Assembly (NCBI GenBank): GCA_942492805.1
Contig: OW818643.1
Span: 1,072,715 to 1,136,714 of the forward strand
DNA from: an uncultured Pseudomonadota bacterium
GTDB lineage: Bacteria > Pseudomonadota > Alphaproteobacteria > Micropepsales > Micropepsaceae
DNA length: 64,000 nt
Direction of reading: 5' to 3'
Positions 19,456-29,541 of the stretch are shown in pieces. The notes beneath the pieces are model-generated. The model saw only the letters and a list, made by a program, of their open reading frames with translations. It was not told the DNA's origin and did not search any database. How positions within the stretch are numbered: the stretch's first letter is position 1; the number at the start of each line of letters is the position of its first letter. Position numbers and translations under genes: made by a program.

Positions 19456-20641
19456 CAAGACTCCCGATGCCGGTCACGACCATCAGCCCACGCGCGAGGA
19501 ATTGCTGCGTCATCAGACGCCGCCAGGCCTGAAGCGCTGGGGGCTCATCGTGCTCGCCGCGGCGCTGGTCATCGCGGTGGTGGGTATCGGCGTTCGGCTC
19601 TGGAACAGCTATGGGACCGCGCAATGGACCGAGGAACAGGCGATCCAGACGGTGCAGATCGTCAAGCTCCAGCCCGAAAAAGACGGCGGCGTCCTCAACC
19701 TGCCAGGCGACATCCAGGCCTTCACCGCAGCCCCGATCTACGCCCAGGTCAGCGGCTATGTGAAGAAGTGGTACGTCGATATCGGAACGCCGGTGAAACA
19801 GGGCCAGATTCTGGCCGAACTCGACACGCCCGACCTGGCCGGGCAGGTGCAGCAGGCGCGCGCCAACCTGATCAACGCCCAGGCCGCCCAGCGGCTTTCC
19901 GCCGCCACCGCGGGACGCTGGGAGACCCTGTTCGCCCAGGGCGCGGTGTCGCGCCAGGACAAGGAAACCCGCGACGCCGACCTCGACGCCAAGAATGCGG
20001 CGGTGGAAGCGGCGCGCGCCAATCTCTACAGCCTCACCTCCCAGGCCGGTTTCCGCCGCCTGGTCGCGCCGTTTGACGGCGTGGTCACCAGCCGCGCGGT
20101 GGATGTCGGCGCCCTGGTCACGGTGGGCACGGGGGCCGGCGCCGCACCGCTCTTCACCATTTCGGACCTGACGCGCCTGCGCATCTATGTGCGGGTGCCG
20201 CAGAATTATTCGACCTATATCCGCCCCGGCATGACCATCAATTTCAGCGTGCCCCAGCATCCCGGACGCGTTTTCACCGCCACCCTGGGCGCCAGCTCCG
20301 GGGCCGTCGCCAGCGCCAGCGGCACCGTGCTGGCCCAGTTCGTCATCGACAATACCGAAGGCGCGCTGCAGCCCGGCGGCTACGCGGAAGTCAAATTTCC
20401 CCTGCCCGCCGGGGCCGACGGCCTCAGGGTCCCGGCCACCGCCCTGATGTTCCGCGCCGAAGGCATGCAGGTCGCCACCGTGGATGCGCAAAGCCGCGTC
20501 CGCCTGAAAACCATCACCATCGCGCGCGACCTGGGCGATGCGGTGGATGTGGGAAGCGGCATCACCGACAAGGACCGCATTATCGACAACCCCTCCGATT
20601 CCTTCCGGGACGGCGACGAAGTGCGGGTGGCGGGCAAGTAA
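19448..20641 (+). CDS. Efflux RND periplasmic adaptor (membrane fusion protein)
   Basis: ATG 19448 overlaps the RND stop (ATGCCTGA). TM anchor, then lipoyl/hairpin motifs (YAQVSGYVKKWYVDIGTPVKQGQILAELD; LVAPFDGVVTSR). Confidence 0.8.
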   Translation: MPDKTPDAGHDHQPTREELLRHQTPPGLKRWGLIVLAAALVIAVVGIGVRLWNSYGTAQWTEEQAIQTVQIVKLQPEKDGGVLNLPGDIQAFTAAPIYAQVSGYVKKWYVDIGTPVKQGQILAELDTPDLAGQVQQARANLINAQAAQRLSAATAGRWETLFAQGAVSRQDKETRDADLDAKNAAVEAARANLYSLTSQAGFRRLVAPFDGVVTSRAVDVGALVTVGTGAGAAPLFTISDLTRLRIYVRVPQNYSTYIRPGMTINFSVPQHPGRVFTATLGASSGAVASASGTVLAQFVIDNTEGALQPGGYAEVKFPLPAGADGLRVPATALMFRAEGMQVATVDAQSRVRLKTITIARDLGDAVDVGSGITDKDRIIDNPSDSFRDGDEVRVAGK

Positions 20642-20686
20642 TCTTGCCTGTATAAGTCTCCCGTAATTTTTTCGGGGACGTCGGAT

Positions 20687-21184
20687 ATGCGTGGATTGGC
20701 GAAAACTGTGGCTGTGGTGCTGTTCGCGGCGGCCGGGCTTGCCGCCTGCGACCGCCCCTCGGACGCCGCCCCCAGCGCGTCCTACGACACCAGCGCGGCT
20801 TCGAATGCCAAGTTCCTGGCCGACTATGCCGCCCGCACCGACGCCAAGAAGACCGCATCGGGCCTGATGTACCGCGTCATCAAGGCCGGCACCGGCCCCG
20901 CCGTGCTGCGCGATTCCGATGTGGTGACGGTCTATTACAAAGGCATGCTGATAAACGGCAAGGTCTTCGACCAGACCAAGCCGGAGGAAGCGGCGACCTT
21001 CATGACCGGCGGGTTGATCCCCGGCTGGGTCGAAGCCCTCAAGCTGATGAAGACCGGGGACACCTGGGAAATCGTGGTGCCGTCCGAACTGGGCTACGGC
21101 GCCGACGGTGCCGGCGACGCCATCCCGCCCGACCAGACTTTGGTATTCACGATGTCTCTCGTGAAAGTGGAGTATGCCAACTAG
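20687..21184 (+). CDS. FKBP-type peptidyl-prolyl cis-trans isomerase, lipoprotein
   Basis: Lipobox LAAC. FKBP domain GLMYRVIKAGTG..VTVYYKGMLINGKVFDQT..LIPGWVEAL..GDTWEIVVPSELGYG. Confidence 0.85.
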   Translation: MRGLAKTVAVVLFAAAGLAACDRPSDAAPSASYDTSAASNAKFLADYAARTDAKKTASGLMYRVIKAGTGPAVLRDSDVVTVYYKGMLINGKVFDQTKPEEAATFMTGGLIPGWVEALKLMKTGDTWEIVVPSELGYGADGAGDAIPPDQTLVFTMSLVKVEYAN

Positions 21185-21205
21185 CTAGGGCCGCAAGCGC
21201 AGGCC

Positions 21206-21318
21206 GTTCGCGAGGCTGAACGCCTCGCTCACCCCCCTTAGCGCGAAGCGCATCGAAAGGGGGAGGTGGTTTCAGCGTGCGAAGCGAAGCTTCGCGTAAG
21301 CTGAAACCGGAGGCGGTT
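21206..21318. repeat. REP-like multi-hairpin intergenic repeat, copy B (full length)
   Basis: GTTCGCGAGGCTGAACGCCTCGCTCACCCCCC..GCGCGAAGCGC..GGGGGAGGTGGTTTCAGCGTGCGAAGCGAAGCTTCGCGTAAGCTGAAACCGGAGG. Near-identical architecture to copy C. Confidence 0.8.
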
Positions 21319-21321
21319 CAC

Positions 21322-23982
21322 TTAAAATCTATACTGGACCTGCACGCCGCTCATGCGCGGAGGCAGCGGCACGCATTGCAGCACGCCGGCGGTGTTGGCG
21401 ACACCGAAGGTTGCGTTGGGGGCCGAGCCCAGCACGCCGTTATATTCGGGCATGCAGACCGGCGTGTTCAGGACATTGGTCATGAACAGCCCGGCATCGA
21501 TCCCCTTGCCCGCGATGTCCTGCACATCCAGGCGCAGGTCGAGCAGCCCGTAGGAGCCGGTGCGCTGGCTGGGATTGAAGGTGCGCAGGTCGGCCTTGTA
21601 GCGGCTCTGCCAGTAATAACGTGCGGTCAGGCTGAGATCCTGGATCGACACACCCGCGATATCCTTCAGGCCGGTGGCATAGGTGGCGATCGCGGTGGTC
21701 TGCCAGCTGGGCAGCGGGAACGGCGTACCCGAAAGGTTGGTGGTGCCGGTGGGCAGCAGGTAACCCGCCGGCGGCGTGAAAGTATAGTCGGTGTAATGGG
21801 CGTCGAGATAGCTGCCGGAGGAGCGCAGCGTCAGGCCCGGCAGCGGCAGCACGCTGATATCCCATTCCGCGCCATAGATCTTCGCGGCCTTGGCGTTCAA
21901 CGTCACATTGTCGTTGGTGGTACCGATGCAGGCATTGGCGCTGAACAGCGCCTGGGTGCAAGGGACGCCGCCCGGACCCGTGGCCAGGGTGACGTTGGGC
22001 AGCGCGGTCAGGATCTGGATGTCGCGATAATCGGTGATATAGGCCGACAGGTTGGTGCGCACCGGCATTCCGGCCAGGTCCCAGTCCGACTTGATGCCCA
22101 CTTCATAGTCCTGGACATTTTCCGGCTGCGCCACGGTGACGGCGGGATTGATGGCGGTGGAATTGATCGCGCCCGAACGATAGCCGGTGCGGGTGGTGGC
22201 ATAGATCATGGTGCCCGCCCACAGGTCATGATCGATGCCCAGCGTCCAGGTCGGCTTGTCGAAGCTCTTGTTGATGTCGGCGGCGCAGTTGGCCAGCGGC
22301 CTGAGCACGCCATTGACGTCGGTCAGGGTGCAGGCCCGGGTCTGGCCGGGATAGCTGATGCCGTGCAGCGTATAGGGCGCGGGATCGAACACGCCGTTGA
22401 CCACGCTGGCGGTGCTGGCGGCCGTGGCCGGGAATATCTGGGTGCGGGTATCCAGATGGGCATAACGCTTGTCATAGCTGTAGCGCAGGCCCGCGGTCAG
22501 GCGCGTATCCGTCGTCAGGCTGTAGGTCGCCTGGGCATAGGCGGCATAGCTGGTGTTGCGCTGGTCGTTGCGGGTGCCGTCCTGCAGCGTGATGCCGCGT
22601 CCGGGCGCCGGAATGCCGTTGTTGGGAATGAACAGGTAGAACAGCCCGCCATTGTCGCGGCTGTTCTCCTGGAAGAAGAACAGGCCCGCCGTCCAGTTCA
22701 GGCGGTTGCTCAATCCCTTGCCGTTGACCGTCAGCTCCGACTGGAACGAGTTGTAGTTCGGAACCATGTATTGATATTCGGCCGTGTTGTAGGACAGGCC
22801 GCGGCCGATCGAGGTGCCGGTATTGTCCCACCAGCGATAGGCGCTCAGCCATTTCACGTCGATGTCGCCGAAGGTCTTGTTCACGGTGGCCGACAGGGTC
22901 TGGTAATGGCCGACATCCAGATTGTTGGCGGTCTGTTCGGCGGTCCAGAAGCCGGCCGTCTGGGCGCGGGCGACCGACTGCAGCAGGGAATTATAGGCCC
23001 TGGGATCGGTGTTCACCGGGCCTACCGTGGTCGGCGTAAACGAGCTGTAATAAGGCTCGACCCGGCGGCCGAACATGTCGGTAAAGCCGATGCAGGTGCC
23101 CGGGATGTTGCAGATGGCGGGGCGTCCGGCGCGCTGGCCGCTGGCCGTGAAGAAGCCCAGATTGTGATAGGTCGAGCCGGTGTCGTGCTCGGCCGATATC
23201 TGGGCGCGCAGCAAGACGCTCCAGGTCTCGTCGGGCTGCCACTTCAGCGAGAAATTTCCCGCGATCTTGTTGGCGCCCATCGCCGGCTGGGTGTTGCGAT
23301 AGCCCGTGGCCGGATCGTAATAGAGATTGGTGATGTAGCCGCGGCGCTGGCTGATCTGCCCGGCGGCGCGGAAGAACAGCGTGTCGGTCAGCGGGATATT
23401 GATCGCGCCCTGCAGCTCGGCCCGGCCATAGTCGCCCGCGGTCGCCTTTATATAGCCGCCGAACTCGGAGCCCGGCTCGCGGGTGCGGTAGAGGATGGCG
23501 CCGCCGGTCGTGTTGCGGCCCACCAGGGTGCCCTGCGGGCCCTTGAGCACCTCGACCCGCTCGATGTCGAACAGCCCGCCGGTCAGCCCGACAGGGCGCG
23601 CCAGATAGACGCCGTCCATGTAGACGGCGGCCGCGGGATCGAAGGACATTACCGACTGGCCCGAGCTGGAATCGAAGTCGCGCTGGCCGCGAATGGTGAC
23701 GTTCAGCGTGTCCTGGCGGAAGGTGGTGGGCGCGATATGGACGGAAGGCGCCAGAAACCGCAGATCCTCGATGGTGCTGACATTCAGCCGGTCCAGTTCG
23801 GCCTGGCTGAAGGATGAGATCGAGATCGGGACGGTCTGCTCGGCTTCCTCGCGCTTGCGGGCGGTGACGATGACCGTGTCCAGGGCCGAGCTCTGGCTGA
23901 CGCTGCTGCTGGTCTGCGCCATGACGGCGCCCGGGGTCAGGACGGTGGTGGCCAACAGAGCCAAAGCCAGGCGCTTGAACAT
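21322..23982 (-). CDS. TonB-dependent outer-membrane receptor
   Basis: ATG 23982 with AGGGGA upstream. Signal peptide MFKRLALALLATTVLTPGAVMA, plug motif DTVIVTARKREE..TVPISISSFS, long beta-barrel, terminal ..VQVQYRF. The 1210-aa ORF in the track is this gene fused to an antisense read-through of the SDR gene. Confidence 0.85.
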   Translation of the reverse strand: MFKRLALALLATTVLTPGAVMAQTSSSVSQSSALDTVIVTARKREEAEQTVPISISSFSQAELDRLNVSTIEDLRFLAPSVHIAPTTFRQDTLNVTIRGQRDFDSSSGQSVMSFDPAAAVYMDGVYLARPVGLTGGLFDIERVEVLKGPQGTLVGRNTTGGAILYRTREPGSEFGGYIKATAGDYGRAELQGAINIPLTDTLFFRAAGQISQRRGYITNLYYDPATGYRNTQPAMGANKIAGNFSLKWQPDETWSVLLRAQISAEHDTGSTYHNLGFFTASGQRAGRPAICNIPGTCIGFTDMFGRRVEPYYSSFTPTTVGPVNTDPRAYNSLLQSVARAQTAGFWTAEQTANNLDVGHYQTLSATVNKTFGDIDVKWLSAYRWWDNTGTSIGRGLSYNTAEYQYMVPNYNSFQSELTVNGKGLSNRLNWTAGLFFFQENSRDNGGLFYLFIPNNGIPAPGRGITLQDGTRNDQRNTSYAAYAQATYSLTTDTRLTAGLRYSYDKRYAHLDTRTQIFPATAASTASVVNGVFDPAPYTLHGISYPGQTRACTLTDVNGVLRPLANCAADINKSFDKPTWTLGIDHDLWAGTMIYATTRTGYRSGAINSTAINPAVTVAQPENVQDYEVGIKSDWDLAGMPVRTNLSAYITDYRDIQILTALPNVTLATGPGGVPCTQALFSANACIGTTNDNVTLNAKAAKIYGAEWDISVLPLPGLTLRSSGSYLDAHYTDYTFTPPAGYLLPTGTTNLSGTPFPLPSWQTTAIATYATGLKDIAGVSIQDLSLTARYYWQSRYKADLRTFNPSQRTGSYGLLDLRLDVQDIAGKGIDAGLFMTNVLNTPVCMPEYNGVLGSAPNATFGVANTAGVLQCVPLPPRMSGVQVQYRF

Positions 23983-24159
23983 GGAAATCCCCTGATATTC
24001 GTCTGGAATCCCGGCGTTTTTTCCATCGCCGCGGCAGGGCCGAAGCTCTAACGGAATTGCCATGGTGGATAAAGCCAATGTTAGCCCCGCGCGCCAAATC
24101 GGGAAAATTTCCTTATAAGGGCAACCCTTAGAGTGAATCGGTATTCCAGCGAGGACGAC

Positions 24160-24900
24160 ATGACCAAGATTGCGATGATCACCGGTGCCGGCAGCGGCGT
24201 GGGCCGCGCCGTGGCCATCCACCTTTCGGAAGCCGGCTGGTCGGTGGCGCTGGTGGGCCGCAAGGCGGACACCCTGGAAGAGACCGCGGGGCGCCTGAAG
24301 GGCAGCTATCTGGTGGCCCCCGCCGACATCGGCGATCCCGCCCAGGTCAAGGCCGTCTTCGCCAAGATCAAGGACAAGTTCGGCCGGCTGGACATGCTGT
24401 TCAACAATGCCGGCATGGGCACCCCCGCCGTCCCGATCGAGGACCTGACCTTCGACCAGTGGCAGGCGATCGTGGGCGTCAACCTCACCGGCGCCTTCCT
24501 CTGCACCCAGGAGGCGGTGCGGATGATGAAGGCGCAGGAACCGCGCGGCGGACGCATCATCAACAATGGTTCGATTTCGGCCGACCGTCCCCGGCCCCAT
24601 TCGGCGCCCTATACCGCCACCAAGCACGCCATCACCGGCCTGACCAAATCCACCATCCTGGACGGGCGGCCCTTTGACATCACCGCCGGCCAGGTGGACA
24701 TCGGCAACGCCGCCACCGAAATGACCGAGCGCATGACCAAGGGCGTGCTGCAGCCCGATGGCACACTGGCGGTCGAGCCGCGCATGGACGTGAACCATGT
24801 CGCCCAGGCCGTGACCTACATGGCCGGGCTGCCGCTGGAATCCAATGTACCATTCCTGACAGTGATGGCGACCAAGATGCCGCTTTTCGGACGCGGCTAA
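24160..24900 (+). CDS. SDR-family oxidoreductase
   Basis: GAGGAC precedes ATG 24160. Motifs [10 protein letters not shown] (cofactor site), NNAG, and the catalytic Y..K (YTATKHA). Confidence 0.85.
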   Translation: MTKIAMITGAGSGVGRAVAIHLSEAGWSVALVGRKADTLEETAGRLKGSYLVAPADIGDPAQVKAVFAKIKDKFGRLDMLFNNAGMGTPAVPIEDLTFDQWQAIVGVNLTGAFLCTQEAVRMMKAQEPRGGRIINNGSISADRPRPHSAPYTATKHAITGLTKSTILDGRPFDITAGQVDIGNAATEMTERMTKGVLQPDGTLAVEPRMDVNHVAQAVTYMAGLPLESNVPFLTVMATKMPLFGRG

Positions 24901-25037
24901 GGCGGCAACGCTTTCGTGATGAAATTTTGCGCAAGTCCCGGAGCTTTTCTCCACGGCTGCGCATTATTCTTGGCATGCGAGCCTGTTTTCTTGGACAAAA
25001 TATCTGTGCCTTGGGTTTTGGGGTCGCGACGCTCCAG

Positions 25038-25163
25038 ATGCCCCCCGTCCCGGTGGACGAGGAGACTGGCAAACCGGTGGAGCCGGACAGCAACAAGCCT
25101 GTGGATCAAAAAGGGACTTTCCGGCCTGCCGGACCGGCGGCGGTACGCTTCAATCCCCTGTAA
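25038..25163 (+). CDS. Hypothetical 41-aa Pro/acidic small protein (very tentative)
   Basis: ATG..TAA ORF MPPVPVDEETGKPVEPDSNKPVDQKGTFRPAGPAAVRFNPL with mostly G/C third positions, inside a 430-bp otherwise unassigned gap. No clear SD. Confidence 0.2.
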   Translation: MPPVPVDEETGKPVEPDSNKPVDQKGTFRPAGPAAVRFNPL

Positions 25164-25332
25164 CAATTCAGCAACGTCCGGCTGCTACTGCCAGGGGCGG
25201 ATGTTGGCCATAAGGCCAGTGTGCCGCACGGCAGCGGGGGGTGTACCCCTTGTACCCGAAGGCACGAATCCCGATATTGGCCGTTATAGGATTCGTTGCT
25301 AACGATATTTTATTGCGATTACGCTATCTGGT

Positions 25333-26064
25333 ATGGGCATGAAAACCTCGCTTCCTATGATTTCCGCACTCGCGCTGGCCTTGACCCTCGGCGCGTGCAG
25401 CACGCCAGACGCGGCGTCCGTCGCCCAGAATGATCCCTGGGAAAAGACCAACCGCGACATCTTCGATTTCAACCTGGCCATGGACCGGGCCATCCTGCGC
25501 CCTGTCGCCCGCGGCTACCGCGATGTGGTGCCGGAAGTGGCCCGCGAAGGGGTGCACAACTTCCTCACCAACCTGAATTCGCCGGTGATCCTGGCCAATG
25601 ATGTGCTGCAGGGCGAGGCCGAAAAGGCCGGCAACACGCTGGGCCGCATCGTGGTCAACACCACGGTCGGGATCGGCGGATTGATCGATGTCGCAAGCAA
25701 GTGGGGCATCCCCTATCACGAGAATGACTTCGGCATCACCCTGGGCAAGGCCGGGGCCGCCGAAGGCTCCTACCTGATGCTGCCCTTCGCCGGGCCCAAG
25801 CCGCCCCGCGATCTGCTCGGCACCGCCGTGGATGTGGCTTTCGATCCCTTCACCTATGCGATCTTCCCCGGCGACAACACGCTGATGATCGTGCGTATCG
25901 GCATGGGCATCCTGGACGCCCGCACCTCGCAGCTGGACGCGGTGGAAACCATCGAACGCTCGTCCATCGATTTCTATGCGACGACCCGCAATCTCTATCG
26001 CCAGAGCCGCAGTGCCAGAATCAACGAAGGCACGGCCAGCGCGGATGATCTGCCGAATCTGTGA
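25333..26064 (+). CDS. mlaA: MlaA/VacJ-family outer-membrane lipoprotein
   Basis: Lipobox LTLGAC. Motifs DPWEKTNRDIFDFN, GVHNFLTNLNSPVILANDVLQG, NTTVGIGGLIDVA. Confidence 0.85.
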   Translation: MGMKTSLPMISALALALTLGACSTPDAASVAQNDPWEKTNRDIFDFNLAMDRAILRPVARGYRDVVPEVAREGVHNFLTNLNSPVILANDVLQGEAEKAGNTLGRIVVNTTVGIGGLIDVASKWGIPYHENDFGITLGKAGAAEGSYLMLPFAGPKPPRDLLGTAVDVAFDPFTYAIFPGDNTLMIVRIGMGILDARTSQLDAVETIERSSIDFYATTRNLYRQSRSARINEGTASADDLPNL

Positions 26065-26156
26065 GCTGCGACCCGCGTAGCGGGTCAAATCGATCCAGTG
26101 GATCGATTTGAGCAGCGAACGCGCCGAGCTTGGGCGAGGCGCTGAGGTCTGAAATA

Positions 26157-26193
26157 CAAAACGCGCCGTGGCTTTGCCCGGCGCGTTTTTGTT
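26157..26193. terminator. Bidirectional intrinsic terminator between convergent mlaA and the mdtC-like gene
   Basis: AAAACGCGCCG-tggctttgc-CGGCGCGTTTTTGTTT, with A/T runs on both sides. Confidence 0.7.
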
Positions 26194-26196
26194 TGC

Positions 26197-29100
26197 CTAC
26201 TCGGCAGGTACCGGACGCGGCATGGGCTCGTGGTCGCCGGGCTTGTCGCCCATCAGCCCGTGATACCACTTGTTCCAGAAACCTGACGTCCAGCTTCCGA
26301 AGCGCTCCATGTAGAGGAACACCACCGGCGTGGTGTAGAGCGTCAGGATCTGGCTGAGGACCAGCCCGCCCACGATGGAGATACCCAGCGGCTGGCGCAG
26401 TTCCGAGCCGGCGCCCAGCCCGATCGCCAGCGGCAGCGCGCCCAGGATGGCGCCGACCGTGGTCATCATGATGGGCCGGAAGCGCAGCAGGCAGGACTTG
26501 CGGATCGCGTCGCGCGGCGACAGGCCCTCGCGCCGCTGCAGGTCGATGGCGAAGTCGATCATGATGATCGCGTTTTTCTTCACGATTCCTATCAGCAATA
26601 TGACGCCGATCATCGCGATCAGGTCGAACTGGGTGTTGAACATCAAGAGCGCCAGCACCGCGCCCACACCGGCCGACGGCAGGGTGGAGAGGATGGTGAC
26701 GGGATGGATCAGGCTTTCGTAGAGGATGCCCAGCGTGATGTAGATGGTCACGATAGCCGCCAGCAGCAGGAACGGCATGTTCTGGAAGCTGCGCTGGAGC
26801 TGGCGGGCATTGCCGGCGAATTCGCCATGCACGTTAATCGGCACGTTGATCTGGGCCATGGTGCGGTTGATGGCGGCGACCGCATTGCCCAGGCTTTCAC
26901 CCGCCGGCAGGTTGAACGAGAAGGTGGTGGCGACGAACGGTCCCTGATGGTTGACCGCCAGGGGCGTGGTGCCGGGGCCAAAGCTGGCCACCGCCGACAG
27001 CGGCACCATGGTGGAGACACGGGTGGAAACCGAAGCGCCCGTTGAACCGCCGCCGCGCACGCTGGCGGTCAGGGCGTTGAGCTGCTGGTTACGCACCGCT
27101 TCGGCGGCCTGTGCGTTCGCGTCGGTGTTCGCGGACGTGGTGGTGGTGCTGGTGCCACCACGCGCTTGCGCCGGGGTAAAGGCGCCGCCCGCGCCGGCGG
27201 TGGACTGGGTGCCGCTGACATTGCCGCCCGAGGTGCTGATATAGATGTCACGCAGCGTTTCGGGGCTCTGCCAGAATTTCGGCGCCACCTCCATGATCAC
27301 CTTGTACTGGTTCTTGTCCTTGTAGATGGTCGAGACTTGGCGCTGGCCGAAGGCGTCATACAGCGCATTGTTGACCTGGGCGATGTTCAGCCCCAGCCGC
27401 GCCGCCGTGGCGCGGTCCACTTTCAGATCGACCTGAAGCCCCTTGTCCTGCTGGTCGGAATTGACGTCGGTCAGCTCCGGCACCTCCTGCAGCGCATCGG
27501 TGATCTTGGGCACCCACAGGTTCAGTTCTTCCAGCGAGTCGGCCTGCACCGTGTATTGCTGGCTGCCATTGCCCTGCCGCCCGCCGCCGCCGATCTGGCC
27601 GCCGGCACGCAGGAACAGTCGCGCGCCTGCCACCTTTTCCAGCTTGGGACGCAACCGGTCGATCACTTCGTCGGTGGAAAGGCCGCGCTCGGACGGCGGC
27701 TTCAGCGTGACGAAGACATTGCCGGAATTGGCGGCGCCGCCGCCGGCAAATCCGCCCACCGTCGCCACCGCCGGATCGCTCTTGATGATCTCGATGAACT
27801 GCATGAACTTTTTCTGCATCGCCTGGAAGGAGATGCTCTGGTCGGCGCGCAGCCCCCCCTGCATGGTGCCTTCATCGGTCGAGGGGAAAAAACCCTTGGG
27901 CACGATCGAGATCAGGTAGAAATTCAGGCCGATGGCAAGGAAGACCATGGCCACGATGGTCTTGGGATTGCCCAGCGACCAGTCCAGCGTGCGGCGATAG
28001 AAATCCTGCATCCATTCCAGGCTGCGCCGCGACCAGGCCATCAGCGGGTTCTTGTCTTCCTCGACCGAGAGATCGAGATAGGCGCACATCATCGGCGTCA
28101 GGGTCAGGGAAATCACCATCGAGATGACGATCGCCACCGTCAGGGTGATGGCGAATTCGTGGAAGATGCGCCCCACCATGCCGCCGATCAGCAGCACCGG
28201 GAAGAACACCGCCACCAGCGAAATGCTCATGGAAATGACCGTGAACGTCACTTCCTGGGCGCCCTGCAGCGCCGCCTGCATCCGTGTCTTTCCGTTCTCA
28301 AGATGCCGGGTGACGTTCTCCAGCACCACGATGGTGTTATCGACCACAAAGCCGGTGGAGACGATCAGCGCCATCAGCGAGAAATTGTTGAGGCTGAAGC
28401 CCAGAAGATACATCACTCCGAAGGTGCCCAGGAGGGTCAGCGGCACGCAGACGGTGGGCACCAGCGTCGCCTTCAGGTTCCGCAGGAACAGGAACACCAC
28501 CAGGATCACCAGCACGGTGGCGATGATCAGCGTCATCTCCACGTCATGCACCGCATTGCGGATGGAGGTGGTGGTGTCCATCAGCGTGCCGAGCTGGATG
28601 GCGGCGGGCAGCGCCGCCTGAAGCTCCGGCAGCATGGTGCGGATCATGTCCACCACCTCGATGACATTGGCGCCCGGCTGCTTGGTGATATTGACCAGCA
28701 CCGCGGGCTGGCCGTTGAAGGTGCCCAGGTTGCGGACATTCTCCACCCCGTCCACCACCTCGGCCACGTCCTGCAAGCGCACCGCCGAACCGTTGCGATA
28801 GGCAATGATCAGGGTGCGGTAATCGCTGGCCTGGCTGGAGACGTCATTGGCATAGACCTGCAGCGTCTGTTCGCCCTGCTGGATGTCGCCCTTGGGGGTG
28901 TTGGCATTGGCCGCCGAAATCGCGGCCCGCACGTCGGCCAGGCCGATGCCGTACTTGAACAAAGCGCGCGGGTTCAGCTCGATGCGGATCGCCGGCAGCG
29001 AGGCGCCGTTCAGGGACACATCGCCGACGCCCGAAATCTGCGACAGCTTCTGCTGGATGATGTTGGAGGCCTGGTCGTAGATCTGGCCCGGCGACAGGGT

Positions 29101-29541
29101 CTTGGACGTCATCGCCAGAATCAGGATGGGGAAATCGGCGGGATTGAACTTGCGGTAGGTCGGATTGGAGCGCAGCGCCGCCGGCAGGTCAGCCCGGGCC
29201 GCGTTGATCGCCGCCTGCACGTCACGCGCCGCGCCGTTGATGTCGCGGTTGATGTCGAACTGCAGCACGACCTGGGTGGAATTGACGTTGCTGCGCGACG
29301 TCATCTCGTCCACGCCGGCGATGGTGCCCAGGTGCCGTTCCAGCGGCGTCGCCACGCTGGAGGCCATGATCTCGGGGCTGGCGCCCGGCATCGAGGCGTT
29401 CACCACGATGGTGGGAATGTCGATATTGGGAAAGGGTGAAACCGGCAACAGCGTGTAGGCGCCCAGCCCCGCCATGCCGAGGCCCAGCGCCAGGAGCGTG
29501 GTGGCGATGCGGCGGCGGATGAAGAGCGCGGCGATATTCAT
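26197..29541 (-). CDS. mdtC: Multidrug efflux RND permease, MdtC-like (second RND of a tandem pair)
   Basis: 1114 aa. [17 protein letters not shown].. N-terminus, AcrB-type architecture. 4-nt overlap with the upstream RND gene, the classical mdtABC arrangement. Confidence 0.75.
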   Translation of the reverse strand: MNIAALFIRRRIATTLLALGLGMAGLGAYTLLPVSPFPNIDIPTIVVNASMPGASPEIMASSVATPLERHLGTIAGVDEMTSRSNVNSTQVVLQFDINRDINGAARDVQAAINAARADLPAALRSNPTYRKFNPADFPILILAMTSKTLSPGQIYDQASNIIQQKLSQISGVGDVSLNGASLPAIRIELNPRALFKYGIGLADVRAAISAANANTPKGDIQQGEQTLQVYANDVSSQASDYRTLIIAYRNGSAVRLQDVAEVVDGVENVRNLGTFNGQPAVLVNITKQPGANVIEVVDMIRTMLPELQAALPAAIQLGTLMDTTTSIRNAVHDVEMTLIIATVLVILVVFLFLRNLKATLVPTVCVPLTLLGTFGVMYLLGFSLNNFSLMALIVSTGFVVDNTIVVLENVTRHLENGKTRMQAALQGAQEVTFTVISMSISLVAVFFPVLLIGGMVGRIFHEFAITLTVAIVISMVISLTLTPMMCAYLDLSVEEDKNPLMAWSRRSLEWMQDFYRRTLDWSLGNPKTIVAMVFLAIGLNFYLISIVPKGFFPSTDEGTMQGGLRADQSISFQAMQKKFMQFIEIIKSDPAVATVGGFAGGGAANSGNVFVTLKPPSERGLSTDEVIDRLRPKLEKVAGARLFLRAGGQIGGGGRQGNGSQQYTVQADSLEELNLWVPKITDALQEVPELTDVNSDQQDKGLQVDLKVDRATAARLGLNIAQVNNALYDAFGQRQVSTIYKDKNQYKVIMEVAPKFWQSPETLRDIYISTSGGNVSGTQSTAGAGGAFTPAQARGGTSTTTTSANTDANAQAAEAVRNQQLNALTASVRGGGSTGASVSTRVSTMVPLSAVASFGPGTTPLAVNHQGPFVATTFSFNLPAGESLGNAVAAINRTMAQINVPINVHGEFAGNARQLQRSFQNMPFLLLAAIVTIYITLGILYESLIHPVTILSTLPSAGVGAVLALLMFNTQFDLIAMIGVILLIGIVKKNAIIMIDFAIDLQRREGLSPRDAIRKSCLLRFRPIMMTTVGAILGALPLAIGLGAGSELRQPLGISIVGGLVLSQILTLYTTPVVFLYMERFGSWTSGFWNKWYHGLMGDKPGDHEPMPRPVPAE

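Noticed and set aside
21322-24954. 1210-aa minus-strand ORF suggesting a giant protein
   Set aside because: Only residues from MFKRLALALL (ATG 23982) onward are a TonB-dependent receptor. The N-terminal ~320 codons are an antisense read-through of the SDR gene and the intergenic spacer, with off-frame composition.
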